A stretch of 62,508 bases of DNA, counting the filler, from Chrysochromulina tobinii (taxonomy: Eukaryota): assembly GCA_001275005.1 (NCBI GenBank). It is 4 parts of 4 records of this genome, joined end to end, with 100 filler letters (N's around TTAATTAATTAA, not from the genome) between each part and the next. Parts side by side here need not be neighbours in the genome. Positions count along the whole stretch, not along the records: positions 1 to 11,394 come from JWZX01001068.1; 3 more parts are not named here. One strand, written 5' to 3'. Below are positions 1 to 10,798 of this stretch, in pieces. Position 1 is the first letter of the stretch, and the number at the start of each line of letters is the position of its first letter. The notes under the pieces were generated by a model. The model did not search any database. It was not told where the DNA came from and saw only the letters and a program-made list of their open reading frames with translations. A program made the translations under genes and the position numbers.

Positions 1-51
1 GTTTCCCCACAAGGGGAAATTCGCTCCTTGTCGCGCATCCACCATGCAGAA
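1..51 (+). repeat. A1 split direct repeat (3' part only)
   Basis: GTTTCCCCACAAGG...CCATGCAGAA identical to 10746-10796. Confidence 0.95.
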
Positions 52-154
52 CCAAGGGCGAGCCCGCGCTCCGCCCGAAGCTCCGCGCAGCGCGCTCAGT
101 TTTTAGTGAAACAGGGAGTCTCCAAGTGGCATCTCCGCGTCCTATCTCGTTTCG

Positions 155-3100
155 ATGGCTGCGGCTGCCCCACTTGTGCCAGTCGTCGTCCCAGCCCCGG
201 CTCCGAACAACCCCTTCTTCGATGAAGATCCTGTGCTTCTGCCTGCCGGGCACTCTTTGGTGGCGGCCACCGGGACCTTCATGGATTGGCAAGCGGCTCC
301 GGCCATCCCCAACCAAGCTGCCAACGTCGCCGCGCCGCTCTATAAGCTCCTGTTTGCCTTCGGCACACGCCTCAAGGTTTCCCCGATACCCGCTGATCAA
401 GCGGCTGCGCGCACCGTCAATATCTTTCGGGCACGCTTCAATGCCGCGTTCTGGTCGCGCGTGCTCTCCGAGCTGTGCGCCTCCGGACTCGCGCAACCTG
501 GTGTCGCCTACGATACGGTGGCTGAACTTCATGTCGTTATCGCCGCTCTGCCTTTGCAGAATCCTAACGCGCTGAATGTCACCGCGGTCGACTGGGACCT
601 AGCCCCGGCGCTCACCTCGCCGGGTAATGCTGCTGCCCAGGCCGGAGCTCTCGCTCGCTTCAACGAGATCTCCTTCCTGGCGGCCGCACCTCTCGTCAGT
701 CTCGAGATCACCGCTGGTCCCCGCGCGCGCTCATCCCCCTGGGCTGCTATCGCTCTACTCGCCGGTGCCCTCGGGCCCATCGGCCGTAACCCGCTTCGCC
801 TCGCTGACGCGTCGCCAACCCTCATTATGGCTTCCGAGCTTCGCGGGGATAGCACTGCCCAGAATGCAGTGCTCGCCGCCCAGCTGAAGCAGCTTCTCGT
901 TAGCTCCATCCTGCCTGCCATTTACCGTGCTCACACCGCAGATTATGCAGCTGTGGGCGCCGAGCTCCAGGCCGGCCTTCGGTACCGGCGGTCCGAGGAC
1001 GAGAAGTCCGCGATTGAGGAGGAGCGCGTCCACTACATCCGCCCGTGGTACCCCACCATCGCCCGTGCTGTGGTCGATCTCGGCGCAGACGAGGGCCAGA
1101 TCGTCGATGCGCTACGCGTCCTCCAGAAGGCGATGCTTCCGAGCGAGCTCCATGACACCCGCCTCTCGGCCGTCCTCGGACAGCTCGAGACTCAGCTTGC
1201 GAACCGGCTGCCAACGCTCAATCATGTGCTGGCCAAAGCCAACGTCTCTCTCAGCGACGTGACGGCGGCCCTCCTTGCCGAGAACGCCGTCATGGCCCAG
1301 GCGGGTCAGAATGCGGCCAACACCATCGTCGGTCGAGGCGCCCCAGGTGGCGGCGCTGACGCTGATGGTCTCGCGCTCGCGCATCAGTCTTTCAAGAACG
1401 TAGAGCTAGCGCTCGGGCAGTTCGACCTTACCTCCGAGTCAGGCCAGCGTGACGCCATCACTTCCATTTTGGCCGTCAGTGACTGCGTTCTGGCTGTTCG
1501 CATTCTTCTGCATCCTTCTCCCAAAACTGCAGATCTCGCGAGCACCCGGAATGCCACGTGCATCGCAATCAATGGCCTGCGCCCGCAGCTCTATAACTAC
1601 TTCAACCACGTGTTGCGGTTGGATACTTCGGGAGCCGTGGCCGTTATCCCACCACACATGAAGCGCTACTCGTTTGCCACGCCAACCAGCCGTGAGGAAC
1701 CGAGCTCGCTCCTTGCCCAGTTCCTTCGCTTCGACCTTGATCAGATGGACCTCTTCTCGCTTCCGCACGGGGCGGGCAGCTGGGCTCTATGCGTCAACGT
1801 CGGCTCGGCGACCGAGGCCGTCTCCAAGCCCAATTACTTTGTCCAACTGAGCAATCTCGAGCGGATCAAGAGCTTCGTCAACATACTACTGGTGGCCATC
1901 GGCATACCCCAAGTGGCACCGGTCTCGCTCAACCCTGCTCTTCAGGGATACTCGTGGCCTTCATTCGTTGACTTCTATGTCTCGAAGCTCAAGCTGGCGG
2001 GCGGCCTGCCCCTGCTGCTCGACCAGTACCTTCATATAGCGGCCTGCGTCAAGATCTTCGAGAGCGCTCTCACTGCCATGCGTCAGCGGCTCATCTCGCT
2101 GATCCGTGATCCGGACCCGTCCTCGCGCACCCTGCAGGCATCTCTCTTCCCCCCGGATGGCTCGGTGATCCAAGACCTGATTTCGTTGGGCACGGAGATT
2201 TCGCGTAAGCGCACCGTTCGGGGCGACATGGCGGGTGCCTTCAAGATGCACGATGGCAAGCCTGCCGTCGCCAACTGGGAGACCCTCCGCCTCGATGACT
2301 CGTTCTTTACGGACCACCTAAAGTCCGTCGCGAAGAAGGCCCGGGTTGGTGACGCCTCCAGCTCTCTTTCCTTCGGAGCCGACTTCCTCGACCTGGCCGG
2401 TGAATCCCTCCCTGCCCTGGCGGGCGCTGACGCCGGCCTTCCGCCCGGGTCCTTATCCAAGTCTTGGCGCTGGCACAAGCAAGATCTAATCATCAGCGGC
2501 CAATGTTGGGACATACCTGGTCTCGCCAAGCACCTCAACGTGCCGCCCCGAGGAGTCGGCGCGCCCTGCTGGCCATTCATTTTAGCTGGCTGCGCTGATA
2601 AGAATCGTATGGCTCGCTGTGGAATCTCCCACCAAGCCGGCCACGAGAGCCCTCAGGCTGCTCACCACGCGCAGCTAGCCGGGTTTGAACGCGAGGCTCT
2701 GATGAAACTGTTCGCGAAGCCCGCTCCCCCCGAGCTGACAGCGGACCTGATCAGAACACCGGCGAAAGGGGGCGGTCGGGGTCGAGGTGGTGGCCGAGGC
2801 CGTGGTGCTGTCCGCGGCAAAGGTGAGCGCGGTCGCGGCCGACAGGGCGGCCGCGCGCAAGGCGGCGCGGAGGAACCTTCAGCGGAGATGGCTACCATCC
2901 TCGCCGAGCTCGACAGCCTTAAGCGCCGGATGGCCACGTACGACCAGCCTGACCCCAAGCTGCACAGTCCGGCTGTGCGTGCGCAGGTTCTGGCTTTGCG
3001 AGTTCAGCCTGGGAGCGAGGCCCTTCCACCGCCCGATCCTCGGGTTCGCTTCCCAACCGACAACTCAGAGTTCGACGAAGAGCAGCATTTTGAGCAGCCG

Positions 3101-5308
3101 CCCCCGGGAGAGCCCCCGGTCGGCGGCATGCACTTCAGGCTCGATAATCCGGCTCCCCGGAACTTCCGACTCAGCTTCGGTGATGTCAACGACGACCTCG
3201 CGGTCGACGCTGCGCTCTCCCAGCTCCTGTCCACGTTACCGACGGCCATCCGGAACCCTCTTCTAGCTACTAGTCTTCGCGAGCTTCCGTCGCCGCTCAA
3301 GACGTTATCGGCCGCCCTGAGCGCGACCAACAAATTCATCGTCGACTGCGGTGGTCAGGGCCAGTGCGGTCCCAATACACTCGGTTACTTGCTTGGACTG
3401 GTGGATCGCGCCACCGTCGATGGTCCCCAGTTGCGCCAAGCCGTGGTCAAGCATGCTCTTGCACGCGCCCACCGCTCTCGGCCTACGCGGTTCCGCGACC
3501 GCCAGGGTCGTTTCTACACGATTGAGGGCCTCATCCTCCGGTGCCTTTCGGATGACCTCGGCAGCTCTTCCGACGCGCTGATGCAAACCGTCGAGGCTTG
3601 GTGCCGCAGCATTGCCAAGCCGGCTTCCTGGACGGACCTCGCCTTCCTCCAGGTTGCAGCTGACTGCTACAACGTCGCCATTTACATCCACACTGTCAAC
3701 GACCTCAGTGACGTCGGGAGCCTTGGCGCCATCTTGCCGTGCGCGTCTACATCCCCACCTGTCGCTCTTCTCGAAGTGGGTATGTGGGTGGGGCGCCATC
3801 TGGTCGCCGTCGTAACCTCCGACTTGACAGCCGGCGCCTACCCGGCCCCTCTTTCGGGCGTAGCACCTCACTCCGGATCCGTACGCGCTATCGGACGCGA
3901 TGAGGAACCCTTCGCTCATGAACAAGTACTAGCTGTCGGGCGAGGAGCGCGCGGCGGTAACCCTTACCCTGTCTCCCCGCTCCAAGATGCGACGCGGGTT
4001 GCCGCCGGTTTCCGCCGATTGCTTTGCTGCGCGCCAGCGACCACCGCCGGCCAGGTTGCCTCGGAGCTCAATCTGCATGTCGCTCCCGGGTATGCCTCGC
4101 TGTGCGCGGGCGAATTGCAATCGCTTGTCGACGAGCTCGCTCAAAACGTGCGCGCGGGCGCCCGCCTCGCTCTTCAATGCCCAGGGTGCCGCGAGCCTCT
4201 GCACACGGACCGTTGCCATGGCGTCGTGCTCGCCTCGGCTATCGCTGAGCAGGTTGCATCTCCGCCGACGCGACCTCTCACTCTCGAGGAGGTGCAATCC
4301 CTTCTACGCGCTGATAACGCGCCAACCGTGCTCGTCGCCTGCGAGTTCTCTGGCGCCCTCACCCGTGCCCTCCAAACCGCCGGATTCTGCACCCTCTCTT
4401 GCGATTTCCGACCAGCGCTTCATCGTTTCCCTCATTACCTCGGAGACGTGCGCGACGTCGTCGGTCTTCGCCACTGGGAACGAGCCTACTTCTTCCCAAA
4501 CTGCTTCCAGCACCTGCGGGGTGACGAGCAGTGCCTACCGTTCAAGATCGATGATTGCCGGGCCTTTTGGGCGGCGGCCATGGTCCTTTGGTGCCTTGCG
4601 TGCCCAAACGCCAGCGTCGTCATTGTCGAGCAGCCGGACACTATCGTCTACGACTACATTGATGTCACAGGTTTCGCCTCCTTGTGCGAGTTTCGCACGA
4701 GTCAATACGGTGACCCAGGGCAGCATGACAAGTTTGTCCGCCTCGCTATCCGAAATGCTCAACTGCCGCCCGCACTGCATCCCGAGCGCCGTCAGGCGCA
4801 GCGCCTGAGCCATCTCGAATACCCAGACCCGGACGCGCGAGATCGCGCACGCAGCACATGGGCGCCTCACCGGAACACCTGCCAGGCCCTTGTCAACCTG
4901 CAAGTAGTCAGCGGCGCGTCCGAAAGCGGCGAGTCTGATGGCGTCGAGGACGACGCCGCGACTGCCCCATCGTACGTCGCCCTCATCAAACTCTTTGCTG
5001 CCAACTGGTTCTGCAGTGGCCATCCGCTACCCACTGACTACCTCAACCAGGATGCGCAGCCAACCAGCCTAGAGTGGCGACGATACCAAGAAGTGCGTGG
5101 GCCAGGCGATGGCCGCCGCCCACCTTTGACCGAGCCCCCCCAGGCCCCCTACGGCGACTGTGGAGGAGATGACGGCTCTGGTCGATACGGACACGATGGC
5201 CTCAAGCGCTTCCATCCCAGCGCCCCGACAGCCATCGAGTACCATGCCCAGCATCACGCTGGTAAGCGGCCCCGCCTGCCTCTCACAGGCCCGCCACCCT
5301 CCTGTTAG
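155..5308 (+). CDS. Retrotransposon ORF1, 1717 aa: gag-like region, CCCH-like finger (~2567-2645), RGG tract, OTU-like protease (~3344-3815), DUF4326-like (~3935-4235), C5-cytosine MTase-like domain (~4328-4900)
   Basis: CWPFILAGC..RCGISH; DCGGQGQC...WTDLAFLQVAADCYNVAIYIH...GRHLVAV; VGRGARGGNPY...CPGCREP..RCHGVVLA; VLVACEFSG...SCDFRP...HYLGDVRDV...FPNC...IVEQP. Confidence 0.85.
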   Translation: MAAAAPLVPVVVPAPAPNNPFFDEDPVLLPAGHSLVAATGTFMDWQAAPAIPNQAANVAAPLYKLLFAFGTRLKVSPIPADQAAARTVNIFRARFNAAFWSRVLSELCASGLAQPGVAYDTVAELHVVIAALPLQNPNALNVTAVDWDLAPALTSPGNAAAQAGALARFNEISFLAAAPLVSLEITAGPRARSSPWAAIALLAGALGPIGRNPLRLADASPTLIMASELRGDSTAQNAVLAAQLKQLLVSSILPAIYRAHTADYAAVGAELQAGLRYRRSEDEKSAIEEERVHYIRPWYPTIARAVVDLGADEGQIVDALRVLQKAMLPSELHDTRLSAVLGQLETQLANRLPTLNHVLAKANVSLSDVTAALLAENAVMAQAGQNAANTIVGRGAPGGGADADGLALAHQSFKNVELALGQFDLTSESGQRDAITSILAVSDCVLAVRILLHPSPKTADLASTRNATCIAINGLRPQLYNYFNHVLRLDTSGAVAVIPPHMKRYSFATPTSREEPSSLLAQFLRFDLDQMDLFSLPHGAGSWALCVNVGSATEAVSKPNYFVQLSNLERIKSFVNILLVAIGIPQVAPVSLNPALQGYSWPSFVDFYVSKLKLAGGLPLLLDQYLHIAACVKIFESALTAMRQRLISLIRDPDPSSRTLQASLFPPDGSVIQDLISLGTEISRKRTVRGDMAGAFKMHDGKPAVANWETLRLDDSFFTDHLKSVAKKARVGDASSSLSFGADFLDLAGESLPALAGADAGLPPGSLSKSWRWHKQDLIISGQCWDIPGLAKHLNVPPRGVGAPCWPFILAGCADKNRMARCGISHQAGHESPQAAHHAQLAGFEREALMKLFAKPAPPELTADLIRTPAKGGGRGRGGGRGRGAVRGKGERGRGRQGGRAQGGAEEPSAEMATILAELDSLKRRMATYDQPDPKLHSPAVRAQVLALRVQPGSEALPPPDPRVRFPTDNSEFDEEQHFEQPPPGEPPVGGMHFRLDNPAPRNFRLSFGDVNDDLAVDAALSQLLSTLPTAIRNPLLATSLRELPSPLKTLSAALSATNKFIVDCGGQGQCGPNTLGYLLGLVDRATVDGPQLRQAVVKHALARAHRSRPTRFRDRQGRFYTIEGLILRCLSDDLGSSSDALMQTVEAWCRSIAKPASWTDLAFLQVAADCYNVAIYIHTVNDLSDVGSLGAILPCASTSPPVALLEVGMWVGRHLVAVVTSDLTAGAYPAPLSGVAPHSGSVRAIGRDEEPFAHEQVLAVGRGARGGNPYPVSPLQDATRVAAGFRRLLCCAPATTAGQVASELNLHVAPGYASLCAGELQSLVDELAQNVRAGARLALQCPGCREPLHTDRCHGVVLASAIAEQVASPPTRPLTLEEVQSLLRADNAPTVLVACEFSGALTRALQTAGFCTLSCDFRPALHRFPHYLGDVRDVVGLRHWERAYFFPNCFQHLRGDEQCLPFKIDDCRAFWAAAMVLWCLACPNASVVIVEQPDTIVYDYIDVTGFASLCEFRTSQYGDPGQHDKFVRLAIRNAQLPPALHPERRQAQRLSHLEYPDPDARDRARSTWAPHRNTCQALVNLQVVSGASESGESDGVEDDAATAPSYVALIKLFAANWFCSGHPLPTDYLNQDAQPTSLEWRRYQEVRGPGDGRRPPLTEPPQAPYGDCGGDDGSGRYGHDGLKRFHPSAPTAIEYHAQHHAGKRPRLPLTGPPPSC

Positions 5309-5895
5309 CGTACAAGCGTCCCTGGGACCCAAGCTGCACGCACCTAACTGCGCCATCCCTACGTGACGGCGGCACTCGAATCCCTGAAAAATCGGAACTC
5401 GAGCCAGCCCTTCGCAGCTTATGCGCACTCGGCTAGCAGCTTATGCAGCCTTCGGCCTGCGCGCGGCATAGCCGCGACGCCCGAGCCGCCGCCCAAGGCG
5501 GAAGCACTCGAACCTGAAAAGGACTAGAGTCGCCCCACTGCGCTGAGCACACATGCTGCCCTGCAGCCAACTGAGAACCCGCAGCTGATGCGTCCTTCCC
5601 TTGAAAGGACAGAGCTGCCTCGCAGCCTACGACCAAGCGCACAGCGTCCCCAGGACCATGCTGTGTCGCCCGAAGTGTCGACAACGATTGGCGTCCGCCT
5701 TCGTTGACCGCGTTCGGCTTTTCAGCCTTCGCCGGGATAAGGCTATAATTGCGCGATAGGCTTTCAGCCGTCGCCCAGGACATCAGCCCATGCCCTGCTG
5801 ACCACCTCAGCCCCGCTGATGTCAAACACTGGGACATAGCCTCATCTGGACATAGCCTCATCTCCCACCCGCCCAACCCGAACAGGGACTCAACA

Positions 5896-6015
5896 TTCTA
5901 CGGCAGGGCCCGCGCTACCGGACGGCCAAACGGATTCTACAGCCGTGCTCGCGCTACCGAACGGTCAAATGGTCGCCACGGCAGTGCTCGCGCTCCCGGA
6001 CGACCAAACGGTCGA
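5896..6015 (+). repeat. Three degenerate 39-bp (13-codon) tandem repeats at the start of the pol frame
   Basis: Translate as STAGPALPDGQTD / STAVLALPNGQMV / ATAVLALPDDQTV in the RT frame. Confidence 0.75.
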
Positions 6016-9000
6016 CATTCGAGGGTACGCGGAAGGCGTCGCTATCCTCGTTTTCATCTGTGCGCTCACCGAGCCGCTCATCTTAGCGCATGCCGACGGA
6101 TTCACTAGCGCAGGGCTGCTTCTCCCAGCCCCAGCCACACCGCGGCCTCAAGCCATGCGCCTGGTCAGCCAACTCTGCGGTTGCATTGTCTCGTCGGCCC
6201 TCTACTTGCCGTTCATGATCGGGCAGTACTCTTCCGGCGCCATGCTTTTTGCCGCCCCGGTTGACTTCGCCCCACCACCACTTTCAATCGTGCGCTCACC
6301 AGCGGCCCGAGCTCGCGCTCTTTCCGTAGGAGCGCACTTTGTCTGGTGTACGCTTGCCGCGCTCGCGGACGGACCACTGTGCGATCCGGCAGCGCGTGCA
6401 GCCCTTTCTTGCCGCATGTTTCAGCCCCCGCATTCGAATCCGCTGGATGTGCCCCCCTCGGCCGCCGTGGAGTTCTCTTTCGGGGTCACCAAGCTGCGCA
6501 GTCTTCAACAACGGCCCGACCCCGATCACCCCCGCGCGGGGGCAGCTGCTCGCGCCCTACACGCTGCCACCCTCGCGGACGCGGCACTGCGGTCCGCTCT
6601 GGAGCTCGAAGGGGACGACCCACTGCTAGAGGGCTGGATCGATCGCATCACGCCCTTGGCTATAGGCGAGATCCCAGCATATCTACTCGAATCTCTCCCT
6701 GACTTTACCGACGCTCGTCTGGATGACGTCTCACTCAGCCCGGTCTTGCGACCGCTTGTCACCGATTGGTACCCGCTACCGCCTGAGCAACCGGGCGCAC
6801 CCCCCGAGGCGCCGCTCTGCCCGAAGGACGCCTTCGAGCTGCTCTTACCCGGGGGCGCAGCACGCCTCCGCGCTTGGTTCGACCATCAGCTGCGAGATCT
6901 GACTCACGTGCGCAACGAGCTCGCGCGCGGCGTCGCCCCGGGCTCCATCATTCGAGACCGCCCGAGCCCGATTGCCATCGGTCAATCGGAGTTTCGTGAT
7001 TGGGCGCGCGGCCGCGTCTGGGACTGCACCCTCGATCGTGGACCTTGTTGCGTCGTGGCCGACTTCCATCAGCCACCGCTCGAGATCGTCGACCGGGTCG
7101 AGGTAAAGGCTCGCCTCTCCCACTACCCCGACCAGTCTCTCGTTTCGCACCTACTCCTTGGTGCGCGTACGGATGCCGACGTCGAGCTGCAGTTCGTGCT
7201 GGTACCCCACCTCACCACGCTCCCGTTTGGCTTCAAGTCCGTGATGTCAGAGGTGGACCGACTCGAGGGCTATGGTTGGTACCGCTCCTTCGGCGCTATC
7301 CCTTTCGCGCCGATGTACCTTAACGGCCAGGGCGCTACGGCCCGCAAACTGGAGCCCGACCGCTGGCGGCGAACCACCGAGGGCGGTGGTCCGCGCCAGG
7401 CGACCTTCGACGCCGGCGGGATTCGTGCCCTATCCCTCAACGAGGCTGCGCGAATCTACCACATGCCCGAGCACTTTGTCTCCGACCGTAGGGAATCCTT
7501 CCTGGAGTGGCTGCGCCGGCGCGGCCTGCCGCGGGACAACCCTATTCCTCCGTCCGATGGACGCCGTCGGCCGACCAAGTGGCCGCCTGAGGTGAAGCCG
7601 ACACTCGAGAACGTCATGCGCGACATGGCCGTCCTGGGTCGAGCTGCCTCTCGCTGGCAGACTGCGCTCTACTGCTCCAACGACGACATTAAGGACTATT
7701 TCAACCATCTCGCTGTGGCTACCTCCGAGCTTAGCAAGGTGGGTATCCTCCTTGACCGTGCTGACGGGTCCGGCCCGCGCTTCATCTCCGAACGCGTCCT
7801 TGGCTTCGGCCTTCATGGGTCATCTAACTTGGCTCAGCGCTTCAGCGACTCCCTCGTTATCCTCTACTACGAGGATATGGACGCTGAGTACTTCGCCTCG
7901 GGGGCAGTCTACTCGGCTGCCGAGCTGGCTTGGCTCGAGTACCGGCTCGCGCTGCAGAGGCGTGAGGGCGAGCCCTGCGTCGACATCCGCCAGTGGACTG
8001 CTCCCCCCTCGGAGCGCCTCCCGGCCATTCCAGCGCCCGCTCGCCTGCGCGACATCCCTCCTGGCTATGTCTGCCCGCAACTGCGCCCGTACCGATGCTT
8101 CTTCTTCACGGATGACGCCCAGATGTTCGCCGTGGGTCCTAAACTCAAGATTATGTCCCTCCGGAATTGGCGCCGCCTGACCAATCGCATGCGTCTCCGC
8201 ATGGCCATAGCTGAGAAGCGGAGCCTCGGCACCTGGTGCAAGTGGATCGGGGTCCTCCTCATCCCCATCCTGGGCCTGGTGGTGGTCACGCGCGACAAGA
8301 TCTTGCGCGCAAGTGCCGCCATTGGTGAGGCGCTCGCCGATCGCCTGGAATTCCACGCTTATAGAGCCTTGTGTGGCCTCCTTGAGCACCTGCGATCCGT
8401 CAACCTTCGCGGACGCAACATCATGCACGGACTCTACCGCCCCCATGGCCCCGACGGCGCGTCCCGTGAGGGGCCTTCCGGCGTCGTCCGCTGCGACGCT
8501 TTGATGCGAGGACAGCTTAAGCGTTGGCAGTACATCCTTACCGACTCGTGTGGGGTCAGCGTGAAGCGCGCTCTCCTCCGCGAGAATCTTGAGACCTTGC
8601 CGTCTGTCTCACTCGAGCTCTTCTCGGACGCCTGCTATGCCGACGTCGCCACACCTGGGATGGGCGGCTACCTTCATGGCCTCTACTGGTACTTTCCAGT
8701 GCCGGCACCGGATGTACCCTACCTCTCGATACCGATCCTCGAGTTCCTGGGTGCAGCCTTCAACGTGCTTATGTTCTACCCCCACCTTCACCATCTCGGC
8801 TCGGCCTCCGCGCCCGCCTGGGTAGACCTTTACACCGATGCTCTCACCACCGCGCGCGTCTTGGCTGCGGAGTCTGCCAGGAGCGCCGTCATCGTTGAGG
8901 CCTACCAGCATCTTATCGCCTCACCCGAGTGGCGTTCGCTCTATGGGCGCCTTCGCGTCGCCCACCTTTACGGCGACGCCAATATCTTGGCCGACTTGAT

Positions 9001-9373
9001 CTCGCGCGCCCGCTGGGCTGAGTTCCGCCAACTCTGCGCGATGCTCGGAGTTCGACCTCAGCTTCTGGAGATCTCCACGGGAGTTGTGGAACTCTATCGC
9101 GTGGTCATCCGCTACCTGCGTGAACGATCCCACTTGGCAGCCACGGCTCGAGGCGTCTTCAACCCCCACCTCATCGGTGATCAACCCATAGCTCAGGATG
9201 CTGCCTCCAGTGCCGCCGATCGTTCCCCCTCGCTATCGTCCGCGTCTTCGCGAGATGGGGCGTCACGATGCCCAGCTACAAGGTGCTCAAGGCCGCCGTC
9301 GCAGGCCTGTCGCGCGCCTACCTTTCCTACTATGGACCCTACTCTCTTGCTCCCAAGCGCGCTGAGCCTATGA
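5945..9373 (+). CDS. Reverse transcriptase-RNase H polyprotein (true start probably upstream; tail after ~9190 probably out of register)
   Basis: RT motifs DDIKDYFNHL, LGFGLHGSSNLAQR, FFTDD (8102-8116), KWIG; RNase H motifs LFSDAC..GMGGY, IPILEF, LYTDA, HLYGDANILADLISR. Confidence 0.9.
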   Translation: MLALPNGQMVATAVLALPDDQTVDIRGYAEGVAILVFICALTEPLILAHADGFTSAGLLLPAPATPRPQAMRLVSQLCGCIVSSALYLPFMIGQYSSGAMLFAAPVDFAPPPLSIVRSPAARARALSVGAHFVWCTLAALADGPLCDPAARAALSCRMFQPPHSNPLDVPPSAAVEFSFGVTKLRSLQQRPDPDHPRAGAAARALHAATLADAALRSALELEGDDPLLEGWIDRITPLAIGEIPAYLLESLPDFTDARLDDVSLSPVLRPLVTDWYPLPPEQPGAPPEAPLCPKDAFELLLPGGAARLRAWFDHQLRDLTHVRNELARGVAPGSIIRDRPSPIAIGQSEFRDWARGRVWDCTLDRGPCCVVADFHQPPLEIVDRVEVKARLSHYPDQSLVSHLLLGARTDADVELQFVLVPHLTTLPFGFKSVMSEVDRLEGYGWYRSFGAIPFAPMYLNGQGATARKLEPDRWRRTTEGGGPRQATFDAGGIRALSLNEAARIYHMPEHFVSDRRESFLEWLRRRGLPRDNPIPPSDGRRRPTKWPPEVKPTLENVMRDMAVLGRAASRWQTALYCSNDDIKDYFNHLAVATSELSKVGILLDRADGSGPRFISERVLGFGLHGSSNLAQRFSDSLVILYYEDMDAEYFASGAVYSAAELAWLEYRLALQRREGEPCVDIRQWTAPPSERLPAIPAPARLRDIPPGYVCPQLRPYRCFFFTDDAQMFAVGPKLKIMSLRNWRRLTNRMRLRMAIAEKRSLGTWCKWIGVLLIPILGLVVVTRDKILRASAAIGEALADRLEFHAYRALCGLLEHLRSVNLRGRNIMHGLYRPHGPDGASREGPSGVVRCDALMRGQLKRWQYILTDSCGVSVKRALLRENLETLPSVSLELFSDACYADVATPGMGGYLHGLYWYFPVPAPDVPYLSIPILEFLGAAFNVLMFYPHLHHLGSASAPAWVDLYTDALTTARVLAAESARSAVIVEAYQHLIASPEWRSLYGRLRVAHLYGDANILADLISRARWAEFRQLCAMLGVRPQLLEISTGVVELYRVVIRYLRERSHLAATARGVFNPHLIGDQPIAQDAASSAADRSPSLSSASSRDGASRCPATRCSRPPSQACRAPTFPTMDPTLLLPSALSL

Positions 9374-10445
9374 AATTCAGCATGGTTCGCGAGCTCTACG
9401 CGATCCCCTCTGCGGAGTCGTCTGCCACCCAGGTTGGAAGCATCCGATGGTGTGACTCCGACCACAATGTCTTCATGTTCCGTCGGCTCATCTGCGTGAT
9501 GATGGTCACTGCCTTCCGCCTCGTAAGCCCGATCAGACCGGCGAGATCCACTGTCCTTTCAGCGTGGTCCTTACGTACCACCCGGACGACCCTATCAACG
9601 CCGCGGCCGCGCTGCGTGATATCGAGCTTCGCGTGGGTAGGTCCGTCACTAGCCGCAGCACGACCCCCCTATTCGCTGACGCTGCGGGTGAACCCTACTC
9701 CCACCACTTTCTTCATGCTCTTCTCCGAGCCGCACTCGCCCACCTTTACGGGAAGGCGGTCGCCGAGCTCTATTCGTTCCACTCCTTTCGATCGGGGCTC
9801 GCGTCAGCGCTCCATGCCGCCGGCGTGGAGGATGGGATGATCCAGCTTATATGCCGATGGATGTGCCCCGAATCGCTCCACGTCTACCGTAGGATGGGTG
9901 TCGCCGAGCACGAGGCCCTTATTCGAAGAGCCTCCGGATGCCACGTCGACTGTACCCAATCGGTCAACGTGCCGACAGTCGTCGGTGACCAGCACATGGC
10001 CGCCTTAACGGCCGAGTTCAGCCAACTCAAGGCGGCTGCTGAGATACAAGCCTACGAGCACGCAGTCCGCGCCGCGATGGACCCTTTCTCTCCTCAGGAG
10101 CCGCCTCGGAGAGACCGCCCCGCCGCGCTCACCGCGACGCGAATGATCCTTCCCGACGCCCCCAAACCTCCAGCGGAGCCCCTGGTCACTCTCGAGCCCA
10201 TAGGAGAGACCCCGACTGCCGGCGCTGAGCTGGCAGTCTGTCGAACCATGTGGCCAAGTTACCCCTGCGATGAGCTAGGTGGCCAAGGCTGGAGGATCCT
10301 TGTACTTTCGGCTACCCCGACCACGTCAACCATTCGCTTCACGCATGCGCGCCACCGCGGGCGCCGATACGAAGACATTCAGGTACAGACCAGCTCACTT
10401 ATGCTGATCAAGCCGCTCGATACGCTCGACCAACAGGGACCGTAG
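9223..10445 (+). pseudogene. Tyrosine recombinase, split by an internal deletion/frameshift at ~9523
   Basis: Frame 1 gives ...PKRAEPM...MMVTAFRL; the next frame gives KPDQTGE...PLFAD...YSFHSFRSGLASAL...IQLICRW...LHVYRR (HxxR, RW, catalytic Y). Confidence 0.88.
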
Positions 10446-10457
10446 GAGGCTCGCGCC

Positions 10458-10516
10458 ATGGCGAGCGTCCGCGGCATTCTAAATATTCAATCCCTTAACG
10501 AGCTCACGTACGAGAA
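10458..10516 (+). repeat. B1 split direct repeat (59 bp)
   Basis: ATGGCGAGCGTCC...GTACGAGAA identical to 10799-10857. Confidence 0.95.
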
Positions 10517-10796
10517 GGTTACTTCTGTTTCAGATTTGTCTTCTCGCCGAGGAGCTCGGTAACCATGAAGGGCGGCTGGGCTGGGGCGAAGGTAGCTTCT
10601 ACGAGAAAGGCACCAGGGGGCGCCAGGCGCACACCCGCCACCAGTAGGAGATACGGTGGGGAGCGCACACACACAAGGGGGGTGGGACGGGCGTGACCGG
10701 AGTTGCCGATAGGCGCGCGGAGCGCGTCGTTTCGCACGCAGAGTCGTTTCCCCACAAGGGGAAATTCGCTCCTTGTCGCGCATCCACCATGCAGAA
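10517..10796 (+). repeat. A2 split direct repeat (left boundary inferred)
   Basis: Last 51 bp identical to window 1-51; lies between B1 and B2. Confidence 0.8.
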
Positions 10797-10798
10797 GG

